IMG/VR virus record: IMGVR_UViG_3300042945_001689
Coordinates: 44,125 to 108,124 of that record
Source of the DNA: a virus
Length of the DNA: 64,000 nucleotides
Strand: one strand, 5' to 3'
Shown: positions 9,659-19,256 of the stretch, piece by piece
Layout: each line of letters begins with the position of its first letter
Position numbering within the stretch: position 1 is the first letter of the stretch
Position numbers and translations under genes: made by a program
The notes under the pieces: generated by a model
The model's input: only the letters and a program-made list of their open reading frames with translations
The model's database searches: none
Told to the model about the DNA's origin: nothing

Positions 9659-10659
9659 TTTTTAATATCTTGTATTATCTCTAAAAATCCTTCTGCCCAA
9701 TGCATATGTTTATGAACTCCACTATGCCTTGCCTTTTTTGAATAATACTTTTCATCTTCTATGTCTGTTGATGTATCAAAATTTTTTGGATACAAATGTC
9801 TTAAATGTTCGTGTTTATTACATTCGTCTAAATATACATCAAGTCCATCATCACTTTTGTACCATCTATTAGACTTTAAATAAACAAAATTATTTGATAC
9901 ATTTTCTTGTTGTGTTATTAAGTCATACAAAAAACCACTCCACGTTGACCATAAAAATAAAATTTTTGCTTCTTTACAATACTGCTCTAACATTTTAATA
10001 TATTGATATGAGTAAAAAAATGGTAAATCTGGAGAAAAAACATCTTCAGAATAATGTGGTTTTTTAGAATATTTTTCTGATTCTTGATAAATTACGTGAG
10101 TTGAAGACAACATACTCTCTGGATGTACTGGAAAATAAGTATTTTTTGTTATTAATGTTTCAGTATTTACTGGAACCATAAATCTATAAAAATCTGGAAA
10201 CAAACATAAAAGAGTTTTTGGATGACCATATTCTTCAAAATATTTATATATATTATTTATAATTGCAACAACAGAGTCTCCTGGTTGACTTATATTTGAA
10301 TACTTTACATTTAAAGCCTTTGCTACTTGACTGCCCCATATTTCTTTTTCTGGCAATCCCAACCCAAATGTAAAAGAACAGCCACCAAAAACAAGTTCAT
10401 TGTTTTCATTAAAATCTTTTCCTCTAAAACCTAAATTATTTATAATATATGAATTAGACTGGTCCAATAAAAATTCTGTTTCTGTATAATGTCCCGTCCA
10501 TAGCAAACCATTTGGATACAAACCTGGTTTTCTTTTATTTGTAATAATCCAATCATTTAAAAATAAATGTTTAACATTTTCATGATCAACTACATCATTT
10601 CCAATTAAACCTAAGTCACTTATAGTTTCTTTTATAGTTTTAGTATATGTATTTTTCAT
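9655..10659 (-). CDS. Hypothetical SGNH-like protein (paralog of 49728..50606)
   Basis: NNLGFR...GCSFTFGLG motif. Confidence 0.5.
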   Translation of the reverse strand: MKNTYTKTIKETISDLGLIGNDVVDHENVKHLFLNDWIITNKRKPGLYPNGLLWTGHYTETEFLLDQSNSYIINNLGFRGKDFNENNELVFGGCSFTFGLGLPEKEIWGSQVAKALNVKYSNISQPGDSVVAIINNIYKYFEEYGHPKTLLCLFPDFYRFMVPVNTETLITKNTYFPVHPESMLSSTHVIYQESEKYSKKPHYSEDVFSPDLPFFYSYQYIKMLEQYCKEAKILFLWSTWSGFLYDLITQQENVSNNFVYLKSNRWYKSDDGLDVYLDECNKHEHLRHLYPKNFDTSTDIEDEKYYSKKARHSGVHKHMHWAEGFLEIIQDIKN

Positions 10660-10709
10660 ATTTTTTATCCTTTTTTTTAAATATTTTTTTAAATTTATAC
10701 AAATAATAT

Positions 10710-11300
10710 TTAATTTTTATTAACATATTTATTTCTAATTTCATTTTCAAATATTCTGTATTTAGTTGGAATCCAAAAAGATGGTGTGGTATATCTTGTG
10801 CCTTTTGTTATCTCCCGCACACCGTGTATATACATTGTGTTTGATGGGAAAAATACCAATGTACCAGCACTAGGTTTAAAGTCTAAGTTATGATCTGGGA
10901 AGTATATCTCTCCGCCTTCGTAGTCATCGTTCAAATATATAACAGCCCCATAGTCAACTATAAATGCTTCATTTGGATGTCCTTCTGGATCTTCTCCATC
11001 TGCATGTAGTGGTTGAAACTCTCCTGCGTCCCATCTTCTTATTCCAGCAGAATTTGTTTCAAGAGGTCTTCCAAAATAAAGTTCTATCTCTTGCTGTACT
11101 CTATCAATTGCTTTTTTTAGTATGGCATGGGCCTCTGGCTTTTCAGAAGCAAGATTTCTTGTTACTTTGTCTGGTATTCCAGCCATTGAATTAGAACCCC
11201 AAGAAATTGTATCGTCTATTGATGATAATACAATGTCTAAATCTTTCTTTGAAACAAAATTTTCTTTTATAACAATATTTTTTGTAGATCCTATTTTCAT
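10710..11300 (-). CDS. 2OG-Fe(II) oxygenase, prolyl 4-hydroxylase-like
   Basis: HAD, YLNDDYEGGEIYF, HGV..GTRY. Confidence 0.9.
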   Translation of the reverse strand: MKIGSTKNIVIKENFVSKKDLDIVLSSIDDTISWGSNSMAGIPDKVTRNLASEKPEAHAILKKAIDRVQQEIELYFGRPLETNSAGIRRWDAGEFQPLHADGEDPEGHPNEAFIVDYGAVIYLNDDYEGGEIYFPDHNLDFKPSAGTLVFFPSNTMYIHGVREITKGTRYTTPSFWIPTKYRIFENEIRNKYVNKN

Positions 11301-11309
11301 TTTTTCTCC

Positions 11310-11468
11310 TTAATTAGGTAACTCTGATTGCTCTGCTATTTCTTTTACTTTGTCAAAGTTTGATGCATCAACCATTGAAGATAAAACATAACATATCCAT
11401 TGATAAGATGACTTTTCGCAATACCCCTTTGACTGCATAATTTTAGCAATATCTTCTATAATTTCCAT
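11310..11468 (-). CDS. Small hypothetical protein (52 aa)
   Basis: hand-translated MEIIEDIAK..ELPN*; fills gap, start overlaps upstream stop. Confidence 0.55.
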   Translation of the reverse strand: MEIIEDIAKIMQSKGYCEKSSYQWICYVLSSMVDASNFDKVKEIAEQSELPN

Positions 11469-11989
11469 TACTTATACTCCAAAAATATGTTAATTGCATA
11501 TCTTGTTCCAGAATGAACCTGATGCGCTATGTGCATATATGGGTAGTTTGATGGAAATAATACCATAGAATTTTTTACTGGCTTAACTTTAATGTCAAAG
11601 TTGCAAAATTCTATCTCTCCGCCTTCGTAGTCATCGTTTAAATATATAACGCAACTAGTAACTCTGTTAGAAACATGCTTTGAGCCATCATCATAGTGCA
11701 TTACATACTTTTCTCCAGGCTCGTATTTTAATGCCTCTATTGTAAGATATGTTAGTTCTGGAAGAAAATATAAATCACGATATGCACTTAAAGAACTATG
11801 CAGCGCCTCATCTATAATTTTAAAAATTTCTTTTTGCAACTCTTTGTCTTGAAAGTATATGACTGAATTAGATCTATCTTCTGTTTTTACATTTAGTGGT
11901 TTTGTCCACTCATACTTATTAATTTCTTTAATTAATAAATCTGAATTATTCAAAACATTATAATAAAACTCTATTCCGTTTTTATTCAT
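11468..11989 (-). CDS. 2OG-Fe(II) oxygenase, prolyl 4-hydroxylase-like
   Basis: HYD, YLNDDYEGGE, HIA..GTRY. Confidence 0.9.
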   Translation of the reverse strand: MNKNGIEFYYNVLNNSDLLIKEINKYEWTKPLNVKTEDRSNSVIYFQDKELQKEIFKIIDEALHSSLSAYRDLYFLPELTYLTIEALKYEPGEKYVMHYDDGSKHVSNRVTSCVIYLNDDYEGGEIEFCNFDIKVKPVKNSMVLFPSNYPYMHIAHQVHSGTRYAINIFLEYK

Positions 11990-12701
11990 TTTTTTTCCTT
12001 ATGTCTTTGGTATGCAACTTTATTTTTTTTACTTCGTGTGATCCAACAGAATTGCCAAATTGATCAGTAGCGCTTCGATAAAAATCAGAAAACTTTGGAA
12101 TTTTATTATTTTCTAATATTACATTTCCATAGTCTGTTACTTTTTTATGGTATTCATTAATATTATGTGGATTATTATTTAAAGTAATTGTAGAATTTTG
12201 TAAATTTGTTAAAGATATTGGCAAAACAGAAATAATTGGAGAGTTTGCTTTAAACGTAATAACAGTGTTTGGCCTTGTAATTTTCCAAGATACTGGTATA
12301 GGTTTTTGCCAAAAACTAGAACTAATTAAGTTTGTTAACGGAACTGCGCCATCAATGTCTAAATTTGGTGGACCAAAAAACAATAAACTAGTTTCTGGAT
12401 TTGTTTCAAAAAACCAACCTATATTAAAAATTAGTGTTGCAGTTCCTCTGTTAGTGTCAACAAATTCTTTACCTTTTAAAACCGTTATGTGATTTCCTTC
12501 AGAAGAGTCGTTTCCATCCCAAACAACAGAAATATCTTTGGGGAATGAAAATCCCCATCCCATTTGATTTGTTAACGATAAAGGAAAACACCTGTATGCA
12601 TGTTGATCAAATGTTTTATCCATCCAGTCTCTTTTTAAAGAAAGTTGTTCTATTCTTGCACCTAAACCTGGATTTACTTCATATGCATTGATTTCATACA
12701 T
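11982..12701 (-). CDS. DUF6065-like protein
   Basis: KRDWMD..HAYRCFPLSLTNQMGW; paralog of 41..757. Confidence 0.6.
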   Translation of the reverse strand: MYEINAYEVNPGLGARIEQLSLKRDWMDKTFDQHAYRCFPLSLTNQMGWGFSFPKDISVVWDGNDSSEGNHITVLKGKEFVDTNRGTATLIFNIGWFFETNPETSLLFFGPPNLDIDGAVPLTNLISSSFWQKPIPVSWKITRPNTVITFKANSPIISVLPISLTNLQNSTITLNNNPHNINEYHKKVTDYGNVILENNKIPKFSDFYRSATDQFGNSVGSHEVKKIKLHTKDIRKKNE

Positions 12702-13364
12702 TTATTGTTTTTGCCTTAGTGGAGAGTTTGCTCCGTGTACCCTATCATTATAGTCAAACATTGTTACTGCAGAATATTTTATTCCTTCTTTTACAGGCAA
12801 AGCAGCATGAGAATATAAAAAGTTTGATGGGAACAAAACAATATCTCCCTCTTCTGGAGTATAAGTATAGTTTATGTATGGGAAAAACAATTCTCCTCCA
12901 GTATAGTTGTCATTTAAATACATAACTGTAGAAACAGTACATACATAACTAAAACCATGATCTGAATGAACCTGAAAGTGTTGATCTTTTCCATATCTAA
13001 CAAAATTAACTGCTTCTTGATACTCTAAGTTTAAATTAAAAAGTGAAGAATAATGTTTTACACATTCCTGTAGTCGTTCATCTATGTCAAAGTATATTTT
13101 TCTTAAATCTGACATAGTTGCTCTTGGGTTATTTACAAAATCATTTTTTCTTACTTTAAAGTCTACGCAATCTCTATAATCTTTTCTTGTTTCATAATCA
13201 CCAACTTGTGCTTCGCTCCATTTGAAAAAATTATCGCCATGTTTTTCAATAACATCTTCAAGTCGCTGAACAAGATTTAAGTCTTTATTAAGCGCATTTT
13301 TATAAACGAATACAGCAGGCGCAGGATTTTCTATAGTGGTTGTTTCTATAAAGTTAGATAACAT
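12702..13364 (-). CDS. 2OG-Fe(II) oxygenase, prolyl 4-hydroxylase-like
   Basis: HSD, YLNDNYTGGEL, HAA..GIKY; close paralog of 750..1430 (YRDCVDFK). Confidence 0.9.
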   Translation of the reverse strand: MLSNFIETTTIENPAPAVFVYKNALNKDLNLVQRLEDVIEKHGDNFFKWSEAQVGDYETRKDYRDCVDFKVRKNDFVNNPRATMSDLRKIYFDIDERLQECVKHYSSLFNLNLEYQEAVNFVRYGKDQHFQVHSDHGFSYVCTVSTVMYLNDNYTGGELFFPYINYTYTPEEGDIVLFPSNFLYSHAALPVKEGIKYSAVTMFDYNDRVHGANSPLRQKQ

Positions 13365-13403
13365 TTAATCTCCTTTTTGGTCAATATATAGTATACTACA
13401 TAT

Positions 13404-13988
13404 ATGGACAATATGTATAAGGTACAACCTGGCTATTTTGGGGACTCTGTTGATAATATCATTGTTTTAGAAAATTTTATAAGTCCAGATGACTTAGATA
13501 AATTTTACTTTTACTCTAAATCAATAGAAAATTTTTTATCCATACCTGATGACAACTGGGACAACAGGGTTCATAGTTCAGAGTTATTTAAAAATAGTAA
13601 TAAGGCATTATTTCTTAAACTTTTAGAATATCAAAAAAAATTAAAAATAGAAATAGAAAAAAGATTTAACTTTGTTTTACAAGAAAATTCACCATCAATA
13701 GTTCTTTGGAGACCTGGAGACGATCAGCCTCCTCATGCAGACAAACAGGAGCAAGATGGTAATCCAAATTCTTATCCTGAAAATGATGTGGCATCCCTAA
13801 TGTATATAAACGACAATTATGATGGTGGAGAAATATACTTTACTAACCAGGATATAACCATAAAGCCCAAGGCTGGTTCTGCAATATTTTTTCCTGGAGA
13901 TATACATTATACTCATGGGGTAACAAAAGTATTAAATAACAACAGATATACATCGCCAGCATTTTGGCGTGTAAAAAACTTTAATTAA
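13404..13988 (+). CDS. 2OG-Fe(II) oxygenase, prolyl 4-hydroxylase-like
   Basis: HAD, YINDNYDGGE, HGV..RY; resembles 10710..11300. Confidence 0.9.
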   Translation: MDNMYKVQPGYFGDSVDNIIVLENFISPDDLDKFYFYSKSIENFLSIPDDNWDNRVHSSELFKNSNKALFLKLLEYQKKLKIEIEKRFNFVLQENSPSIVLWRPGDDQPPHADKQEQDGNPNSYPENDVASLMYINDNYDGGEIYFTNQDITIKPKAGSAIFFPGDIHYTHGVTKVLNNNRYTSPAFWRVKNFN

Positions 13989-14890
13989 ATATTATCCCTA
14001 ACATCAAAAACCAACATATTTTCTGTAAAGAAATTATCATATGGTTCGCAATTGATTGAATAAACCGTATCTTCATATTCTATAATATCGAACACTTCTA
14101 TTGGAACAAACTGTAGATCAGCAAAAGAGTATACAAAATATGAACTATCAATTTCTGATGTTTGTATAAATTTAACAACATTATCTTTTTTAGTTAAAAT
14201 ATAATGCGTTCCCGAATATGCATCTCCGTTAATTATATAAAGTGTACCGATAGGTCTTGAGGTAATAGAAACAACCTCTGTTTCTCTTAAATTGGTTTCA
14301 TCTAATAATAAATCTTCTTTACTCCAAGTTGTCCAATCAGAAACATTGTTGGTATCTAAATCCATAGCAACCAAAACGTCTCCTACTACAATATCTTTAG
14401 CGTCTTTTCTTCCATTAATAGTTATAATTCCAGTATTGCTTGCAATGGAATATTCTGAATAGACTCCAAACCCTGGGAAAAATGGTGGTATTGGGAACGG
14501 TGGTGGGAACGGTGGTGGGGCAACGGCGAACGGTGGTGGGAACGGTGGTGGGAACGGTGGTGGGAACGGTGGTGGTGCTGGGGCTACTGGAGTAACAGAA
14601 TTACTTGCTGCAGATTCTAACGATGTAGCAACACCATTTCCTAGTTTTACTTTAAATGTATAGGCTGTTCCATTTGACAAACCACTAACAGTTATTGGAG
14701 AAGTTGAAGATGTTCCTGTTATATCTGATGGAGTTGAAGTTGCAGTGTAAGTTGTTCCAATTGGTTTGCCTAAATAGGCTGGTGCTGTAAATGAAACTGT
14801 TGCTGTTTCATTACCTTCTGTTGCAGTTCCAATTGTTGGAGTTCCTGGTTGTATTCCTCCACTACCTGAAGATATTGGTGGTAATGGCAT
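13985..14890 (-). CDS. FN3-domain protein with (PPPF)n tract and C-terminal Hint domain (paralog of 2220..3524)
   Basis: FN3 (GLSNGTAYTFKV); PPPF x6; SEY-SIASNTGI..SGTH..VYSINCEPYDNFFTENMLVFD; start ATG 14890 in TAATG overlap. Confidence 0.75.
   Translation of the reverse strand: MPLPPISSGSGGIQPGTPTIGTATEGNETATVSFTAPAYLGKPIGTTYTATSTPSDITGTSSTSPITVSGLSNGTAYTFKVKLGNGVATSLESAASNSVTPVAPAPPPFPPPFPPPFPPPFAVAPPPFPPPFPIPPFFPGFGVYSEYSIASNTGIITINGRKDAKDIVVGDVLVAMDLDTNNVSDWTTWSKEDLLLDETNLRETEVVSITSRPIGTLYIINGDAYSGTHYILTKKDNVVKFIQTSEIDSSYFVYSFADLQFVPIEVFDIIEYEDTVYSINCEPYDNFFTENMLVFDVRDNI
14495..14575 (-). repeat. Coding 12-bp tandem repeats (PPPF x4 + x2)
   Basis: gaacggtggtgg units on + strand. Confidence 0.95.
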
Positions 14891-15690
14891 TATGCACTCA
14901 GATCGCCAATTGCAATCCAAGTATTGGTTGCTCGTTTAATTAATGTACAAGATGAATACTGTGTTCTTAATTTTGCTGCATTTGAAGAAACTTGAGGTGT
15001 GCAATTTAGTGTAACTCCTGCAGTGACTACTACTGTTGTTGCTCCAGTTCCAGTTTGAATAATTGTAATTTGTGAACCAATTGCAAATGCTTGAGTTGCA
15101 TTAAGTGGAATAGTAACTGTATTTGCAGTTGATGTTAAATTCATTTCAATAATTTTATATGCATCTGACAAAACCAATGCGTGATTTGCTGTTTTTTCTA
15201 AAATAGTAAAATCTAATGCAGATTTAGTATCTTGAACTGCTTTGACTGCAGTTGGTGTTGCTGCTTTAACTGATGAAGTCTCTGATGTTGAATCTGACAA
15301 TTGAACAACTCCAGGTGTTGAAACTGATGCTGCTGTAGGTGCAGCCCATTTAAGACCAAATGTGCCCTGTGTTGAGTCTGCAGTTAAAATATGTCCATCG
15401 CTACCAACTGTTAAATTATCTAAATTATTATTTGATGTCCCTACTAAAAGATCGCCTTTAGCGTCAATGACAGTTTCTTCTACAGCATTTGTTAAAGTTG
15501 CATCAATTGCATCAATTCTTGTATCTATATCATCTAGATACTTTGAAATACCTGCGGTTGCTGTGCCTTCTGGCTCTGCTTCTTGTCCCCAATGATAATA
15601 TTTAAGTGCAACCTGTATGTCGGCTGGATCAGCCATTGCTGGAATTTTTGCTAGGGGATACTTAGAACTTCCTATATTTGTGGCTGCCAT
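14890..15690 (-). CDS. Tail fibre protein
   Basis: GVVQLSDSTS..AATPTAVK fibre repeat; C-terminal domain shared with 3556..5499. Confidence 0.75.
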   Translation of the reverse strand: MAATNIGSSKYPLAKIPAMADPADIQVALKYYHWGQEAEPEGTATAGISKYLDDIDTRIDAIDATLTNAVEETVIDAKGDLLVGTSNNNLDNLTVGSDGHILTADSTQGTFGLKWAAPTAASVSTPGVVQLSDSTSETSSVKAATPTAVKAVQDTKSALDFTILEKTANHALVLSDAYKIIEMNLTSTANTVTIPLNATQAFAIGSQITIIQTGTGATTVVVTAGVTLNCTPQVSSNAAKLRTQYSSCTLIKRATNTWIAIGDLSA

Positions 15691-15716
15691 AGTCTAAATA
15701 TTATAGCATAGTTATT

Positions 15717-16265
15717 CTAAGAAGCAGAAGATGTGTTGTCTTCCCCTATGCTAATTGAAATCATTACATCATAATCCCCTGATAAATTTGACCAGGTTGA
15801 TCCGCTCAAAGACTTAGCCTTAATTGTAAAGTCTAGATCAGTAGCGGTTAATGTTGGCTGAGTTATCACAGAGGCTATAACATTTGTTGTTCCAATGATG
15901 TTGTGATGTACAACAAAACTTCCAGTTGTTTCTGTTATTCCAAACATATCATTAATGTCATATGTAAAATCTGCGCTTCCAGAAATAAAAGTGACAGTTT
16001 CATTAACGTTATATGTTAGTGGAGCAAACTTACCAACAATAGTCCAGACGTTATCAATATACTGATAAAGTTCTGAAGTAGAAACATCTAAATACATATC
16101 GTTTGCTAGTGGAGTTTCTGCAATTGTTAAACCACTTGGCAACCCAGTTCCAACAAATTGTTTGCTTCCTCTTGTGCCAGTTTGTCCAATGTCAACTGAT
16201 ACAGTAATTTCTTCTACTGGGCCATAAACAGAAAGTTCGGGATCAAGGACAACTACCTCTGGCAT
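15717..16265 (-). CDS. Minor tail / structural protein
   Basis: GTRGS..GTGLP..DMYLD..LYQY fibre-type motif; tail-module context. Confidence 0.55.
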   Translation of the reverse strand: MPEVVVLDPELSVYGPVEEITVSVDIGQTGTRGSKQFVGTGLPSGLTIAETPLANDMYLDVSTSELYQYIDNVWTIVGKFAPLTYNVNETVTFISGSADFTYDINDMFGITETTGSFVVHHNIIGTTNVIASVITQPTLTATDLDFTIKAKSLSGSTWSNLSGDYDVMISISIGEDNTSSAS

Positions 16266-16654
16266 TAAACTGCCCCAGTAACATCATCTTGAACTGTAAT
16301 TGTGCCAGTTAATAAAGTATATCTAAGTGCTGCGCCATTATAAATTTCAAGATCATAATAATAAGTTGAGCCACCCTCTAGATCTCTTCCTCCATCAGGA
16401 GTAATCGTACATGTTATTGTATTGTCTGAAGTGTTGATAGATGCACCTAAATCTGAAGATCCGTTAGATGTTAGGACTAATTCTCTGGTACTGCCTCTAG
16501 CGTCTGCTATTGTAAAAATTGCATCTCTTGCTGGACTTGCTGATTTATAAGCAGAAAGAGCAAATGCTGCTCCTGTAGAATCTTTTGGGGATACAACAAA
16601 CCTAAATGTATCGCCACGATAATAGTCAAAATTATAAGTGCCTGGAAATGCCAT
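16265..16654 (-). CDS. BppU-N-like adaptor protein
   Basis: YYRGDTF..YYYDLEI..LLTGTITV. Confidence 0.5.
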   Translation of the reverse strand: MAFPGTYNFDYYRGDTFRFVVSPKDSTGAAFALSAYKSASPARDAIFTIADARGSTRELVLTSNGSSDLGASINTSDNTITCTITPDGGRDLEGGSTYYYDLEIYNGAALRYTLLTGTITVQDDVTGAV

Positions 16655-16669
16655 GTATTTATTATACCA

Positions 16670-17416
16670 CTAAGAAATATGGACTGTAAAGGATTTGACC
16701 TTTACGGCAGAATCTAGATCAGTTCTTATCTGTGGAACAACATTTGCTCGTTTCATTTTTTCATTTAAAATATACAGTGTTTGAGAAATTGAAAAGTCAT
16801 AAGTATACTTATATTTTAGATTAGCAACAAATTGTGAAACATTTACAGCGGGAATAGAATAGGTCCTTAGCCAAACCTCAACATTATTATCAAATGTTTC
16901 TATTTCAAAATTATAAACTATCTCTACCCTTGTGCCAATCTCTAATTGTTTAAAATTTAACTTCTGTGTTTCTGTATTCCACAAACTTACTTTTCCTATT
17001 GGCAAATGTTTTTCTATTGTTTGTCCTTTAGAATCATTTAATAGGTCTACCCAGCCCTCGTCACCTTTATCTAATCCTAAAAATATTTGCTCTTGGTTTA
17101 AATTTTCGTAATATGCCCAACCAGATTTTGTTGGTTGTATTTCAGCACCTTCTTTATTTATATATAAAGTTTCTCCAGCAGGTCCTCTTTCACCCTTTGG
17201 TCCCCTTTCTCCCTTTTCTCCAGGATCCCCTTTATCGCCTTTTGGACCAGCCTCTCCAGCCCTTCCAGTTAGTCCTTGAGGTCCTTGTGGCCCTACAAGT
17301 ATTCTATAGTCTATATCGGGCTCTGGAGCCGTTTTTTCTTCTTCAACAACTTTGCCATAAGAAGGTTTATTTTTTTGATTACCTGGAATTTCTGCTTTAC
17401 GACTAATACTCATCAT
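16670..17416 (-). CDS. Collagen-like (Gly-X-Y) structural protein
   Basis: about 13 consecutive G-X-Y triplets (GPQGPQGLT..GPAGE). Confidence 0.8.
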   Translation of the reverse strand: MMSISRKAEIPGNQKNKPSYGKVVEEEKTAPEPDIDYRILVGPQGPQGLTGRAGEAGPKGDKGDPGEKGERGPKGERGPAGETLYINKEGAEIQPTKSGWAYYENLNQEQIFLGLDKGDEGWVDLLNDSKGQTIEKHLPIGKVSLWNTETQKLNFKQLEIGTRVEIVYNFEIETFDNNVEVWLRTYSIPAVNVSQFVANLKYKYTYDFSISQTLYILNEKMKRANVVPQIRTDLDSAVKVKSFTVHIS

Positions 17417-17498
17417 TCACCAGTTTTAATTATAAATGTTTTGTCATCGACTTTTATAACTTTTGCTGGCGTTACTGCAGGGGAAGTAATTTTAATTA

Positions 17499-17885
17499 TC
17501 ATAGTCCACCTGGAGTTATATCACTGTATACACTAATTGTTCCAATAATTGGAGTCCAAACAATATCATCATCTGTAATGATCTGAACGTCAAAAGGTAG
17601 GTTTGCTACAACATTTTTATAACCATTTCCCCAGAACGTTGTTAAGTCTGAAGGGGCTGTAACAATAATATATCCATCATATTTAGTAACAGTGAGTTCG
17701 TCTAACAAGTCCCCAGAAGAATCGTATGACGTTGCTGAAACTGTCCAATCATCAATATCTATTTCTGTTGTTTCATCATCTTCTAAAAAATCTACCCTTA
17801 GAGTTGCGGTATCACCACGAACTACTTTCCATTTAATATTGATTGGCTCTGCGCCTACCTGTTCAATAGAAGATATTGTACTCAT
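17499..17885 (-). CDS. BppU-N-like adaptor protein
   Basis: WKVVRGDT..FDVQI..GTISV. Confidence 0.5.
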   Translation of the reverse strand: MSTISSIEQVGAEPINIKWKVVRGDTATLRVDFLEDDETTEIDIDDWTVSATSYDSSGDLLDELTVTKYDGYIIVTAPSDLTTFWGNGYKNVVANLPFDVQIITDDDIVWTPIIGTISVYSDITPGGL

Positions 17886-18043
17886 ACGTAAAATTATAAC
17901 ACAATAATCAATTTTTTCTAGCCAGGAGAAGGAAACTTGACAAACTTAGAAAGTTGGTGTATACTTTAAATATATAAGAAAAAAGAACTATCTTTAAGTT
18001 AAATATATAGAAGATATCTTATATATAGTATATAGAGTATATC

Positions 18044-18259
18044 TTATTTATTAGAATCTGAAACTCGATTTTCAATTAAAATGTCATACAGTTTGTCAAC
18101 CTTAATTTCTAACCTGTTGACCTGGTCTTTTACACTAGATCCACCATTTGGGCGGAGTTCAGAAAGATAATGTTTTACAAGCCACTTGATTCCAAAGGCG
18201 ATTGATGATACAATTGTTAAGATGGCTACTAAAAGGGAAGCCCAATCTTGCACTGTCAT
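18044..18259 (-). CDS. Small membrane protein (holin-like)
   Basis: one N-terminal TM, ELRPNGGSS, coiled-coil tail. Confidence 0.5.
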   Translation of the reverse strand: MTVQDWASLLVAILTIVSSIAFGIKWLVKHYLSELRPNGGSSVKDQVNRLEIKVDKLYDILIENRVSDSNK

Positions 18260-18294
18260 AATAAAATTAATTCTATCACATTTTTAGGAGTGTT

Positions 18295-19071
18295 TTGAAA
18301 AAACAAATTCTGGATACCATTGCGTACTCCAAAAAGTTGATAGTCTCGCCAGATATCGATGGACTCATGTCGGCAATGTTGTTATCAAAATATAATGGTT
18401 CGTCAGTGGTAGGTACATACGATAAAAATCTTTTAGTTCTCGCGGATGGCATTGATCCAAAAGACTGTCTATTCGTTGACTGCGATATGAACTCTCCAGA
18501 CTATGTATCAATTGGAAACCATATGCGACTTATGGAAGACAATATTTCAGTCGAATCGTTTAATCCAAATACGCATTACGAAGTCAAGCAATACAATCAA
18601 AAGTTTCCATTTGCAACGTGTTTCCTTCTCGCGTTTGGAATAGAGACTCAAACATCCCTATCTGACAACCTATGCATGGCATATGCAGATTCGACTTACA
18701 AGAATAAAGTCAACTATGCACCTAACATGCAGCATTGGTCAATGTTGATGGATTGTCCAGAAGTTCAATTTGTTATGAACAATGATGTCCACACATCTGT
18801 GGAAAACCATATGGGTTATATGGAAGGTAAGCAAGGTTTTGTTTCAAGACGATTAGGCAAGGAAAAGTATATTGATCAAATGAACCAGGCATTAGATAAT
18901 CAAGGCGCATGGTCATTTGCATTTCCTAATAAATTAACCAGGGGATACAAATACCAAACAGGCCTAATAGACAAAACAACCTGTATACGATATAATAAAG
19001 ATATAATCTCATACGCAGAAGTATATGGAGGAGAATATAGCGTGACTTATAAGGATGAAGTAGAATGGTAG
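18295..19071 (+). CDS. DHH-like phosphoesterase
   Basis: SPDIDGLMSA, FVDCD, GNH motifs. Confidence 0.55.
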   Translation: MKKQILDTIAYSKKLIVSPDIDGLMSAMLLSKYNGSSVVGTYDKNLLVLADGIDPKDCLFVDCDMNSPDYVSIGNHMRLMEDNISVESFNPNTHYEVKQYNQKFPFATCFLLAFGIETQTSLSDNLCMAYADSTYKNKVNYAPNMQHWSMLMDCPEVQFVMNNDVHTSVENHMGYMEGKQGFVSRRLGKEKYIDQMNQALDNQGAWSFAFPNKLTRGYKYQTGLIDKTTCIRYNKDIISYAEVYGGEYSVTYKDEVEW

Positions 19072-19256
19072 GGCCTTGGGATTTATTAAATCCAAATGCG
19101 CCAAGAACACCAGAAGGTCTTGCTGCTGCCCGCCTAGAAATCTGTCAATCGTGTGATTGGTTTAGACCAAAAACTCAAACATGTAAAAAGTGTGGATGTT
19201 TTATGAAACTTAAGACTACCCTTGAACAGGCTAAGTGTCCATTGGGTAAGTGGTAG
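19065..19256 (+). CDS. Small Cys-rich protein
   Basis: RLEICQSC..CKKCGCFM..CPLGKW. Confidence 0.7.
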   Translation: MVGPWDLLNPNAPRTPEGLAAARLEICQSCDWFRPKTQTCKKCGCFMKLKTTLEQAKCPLGKW

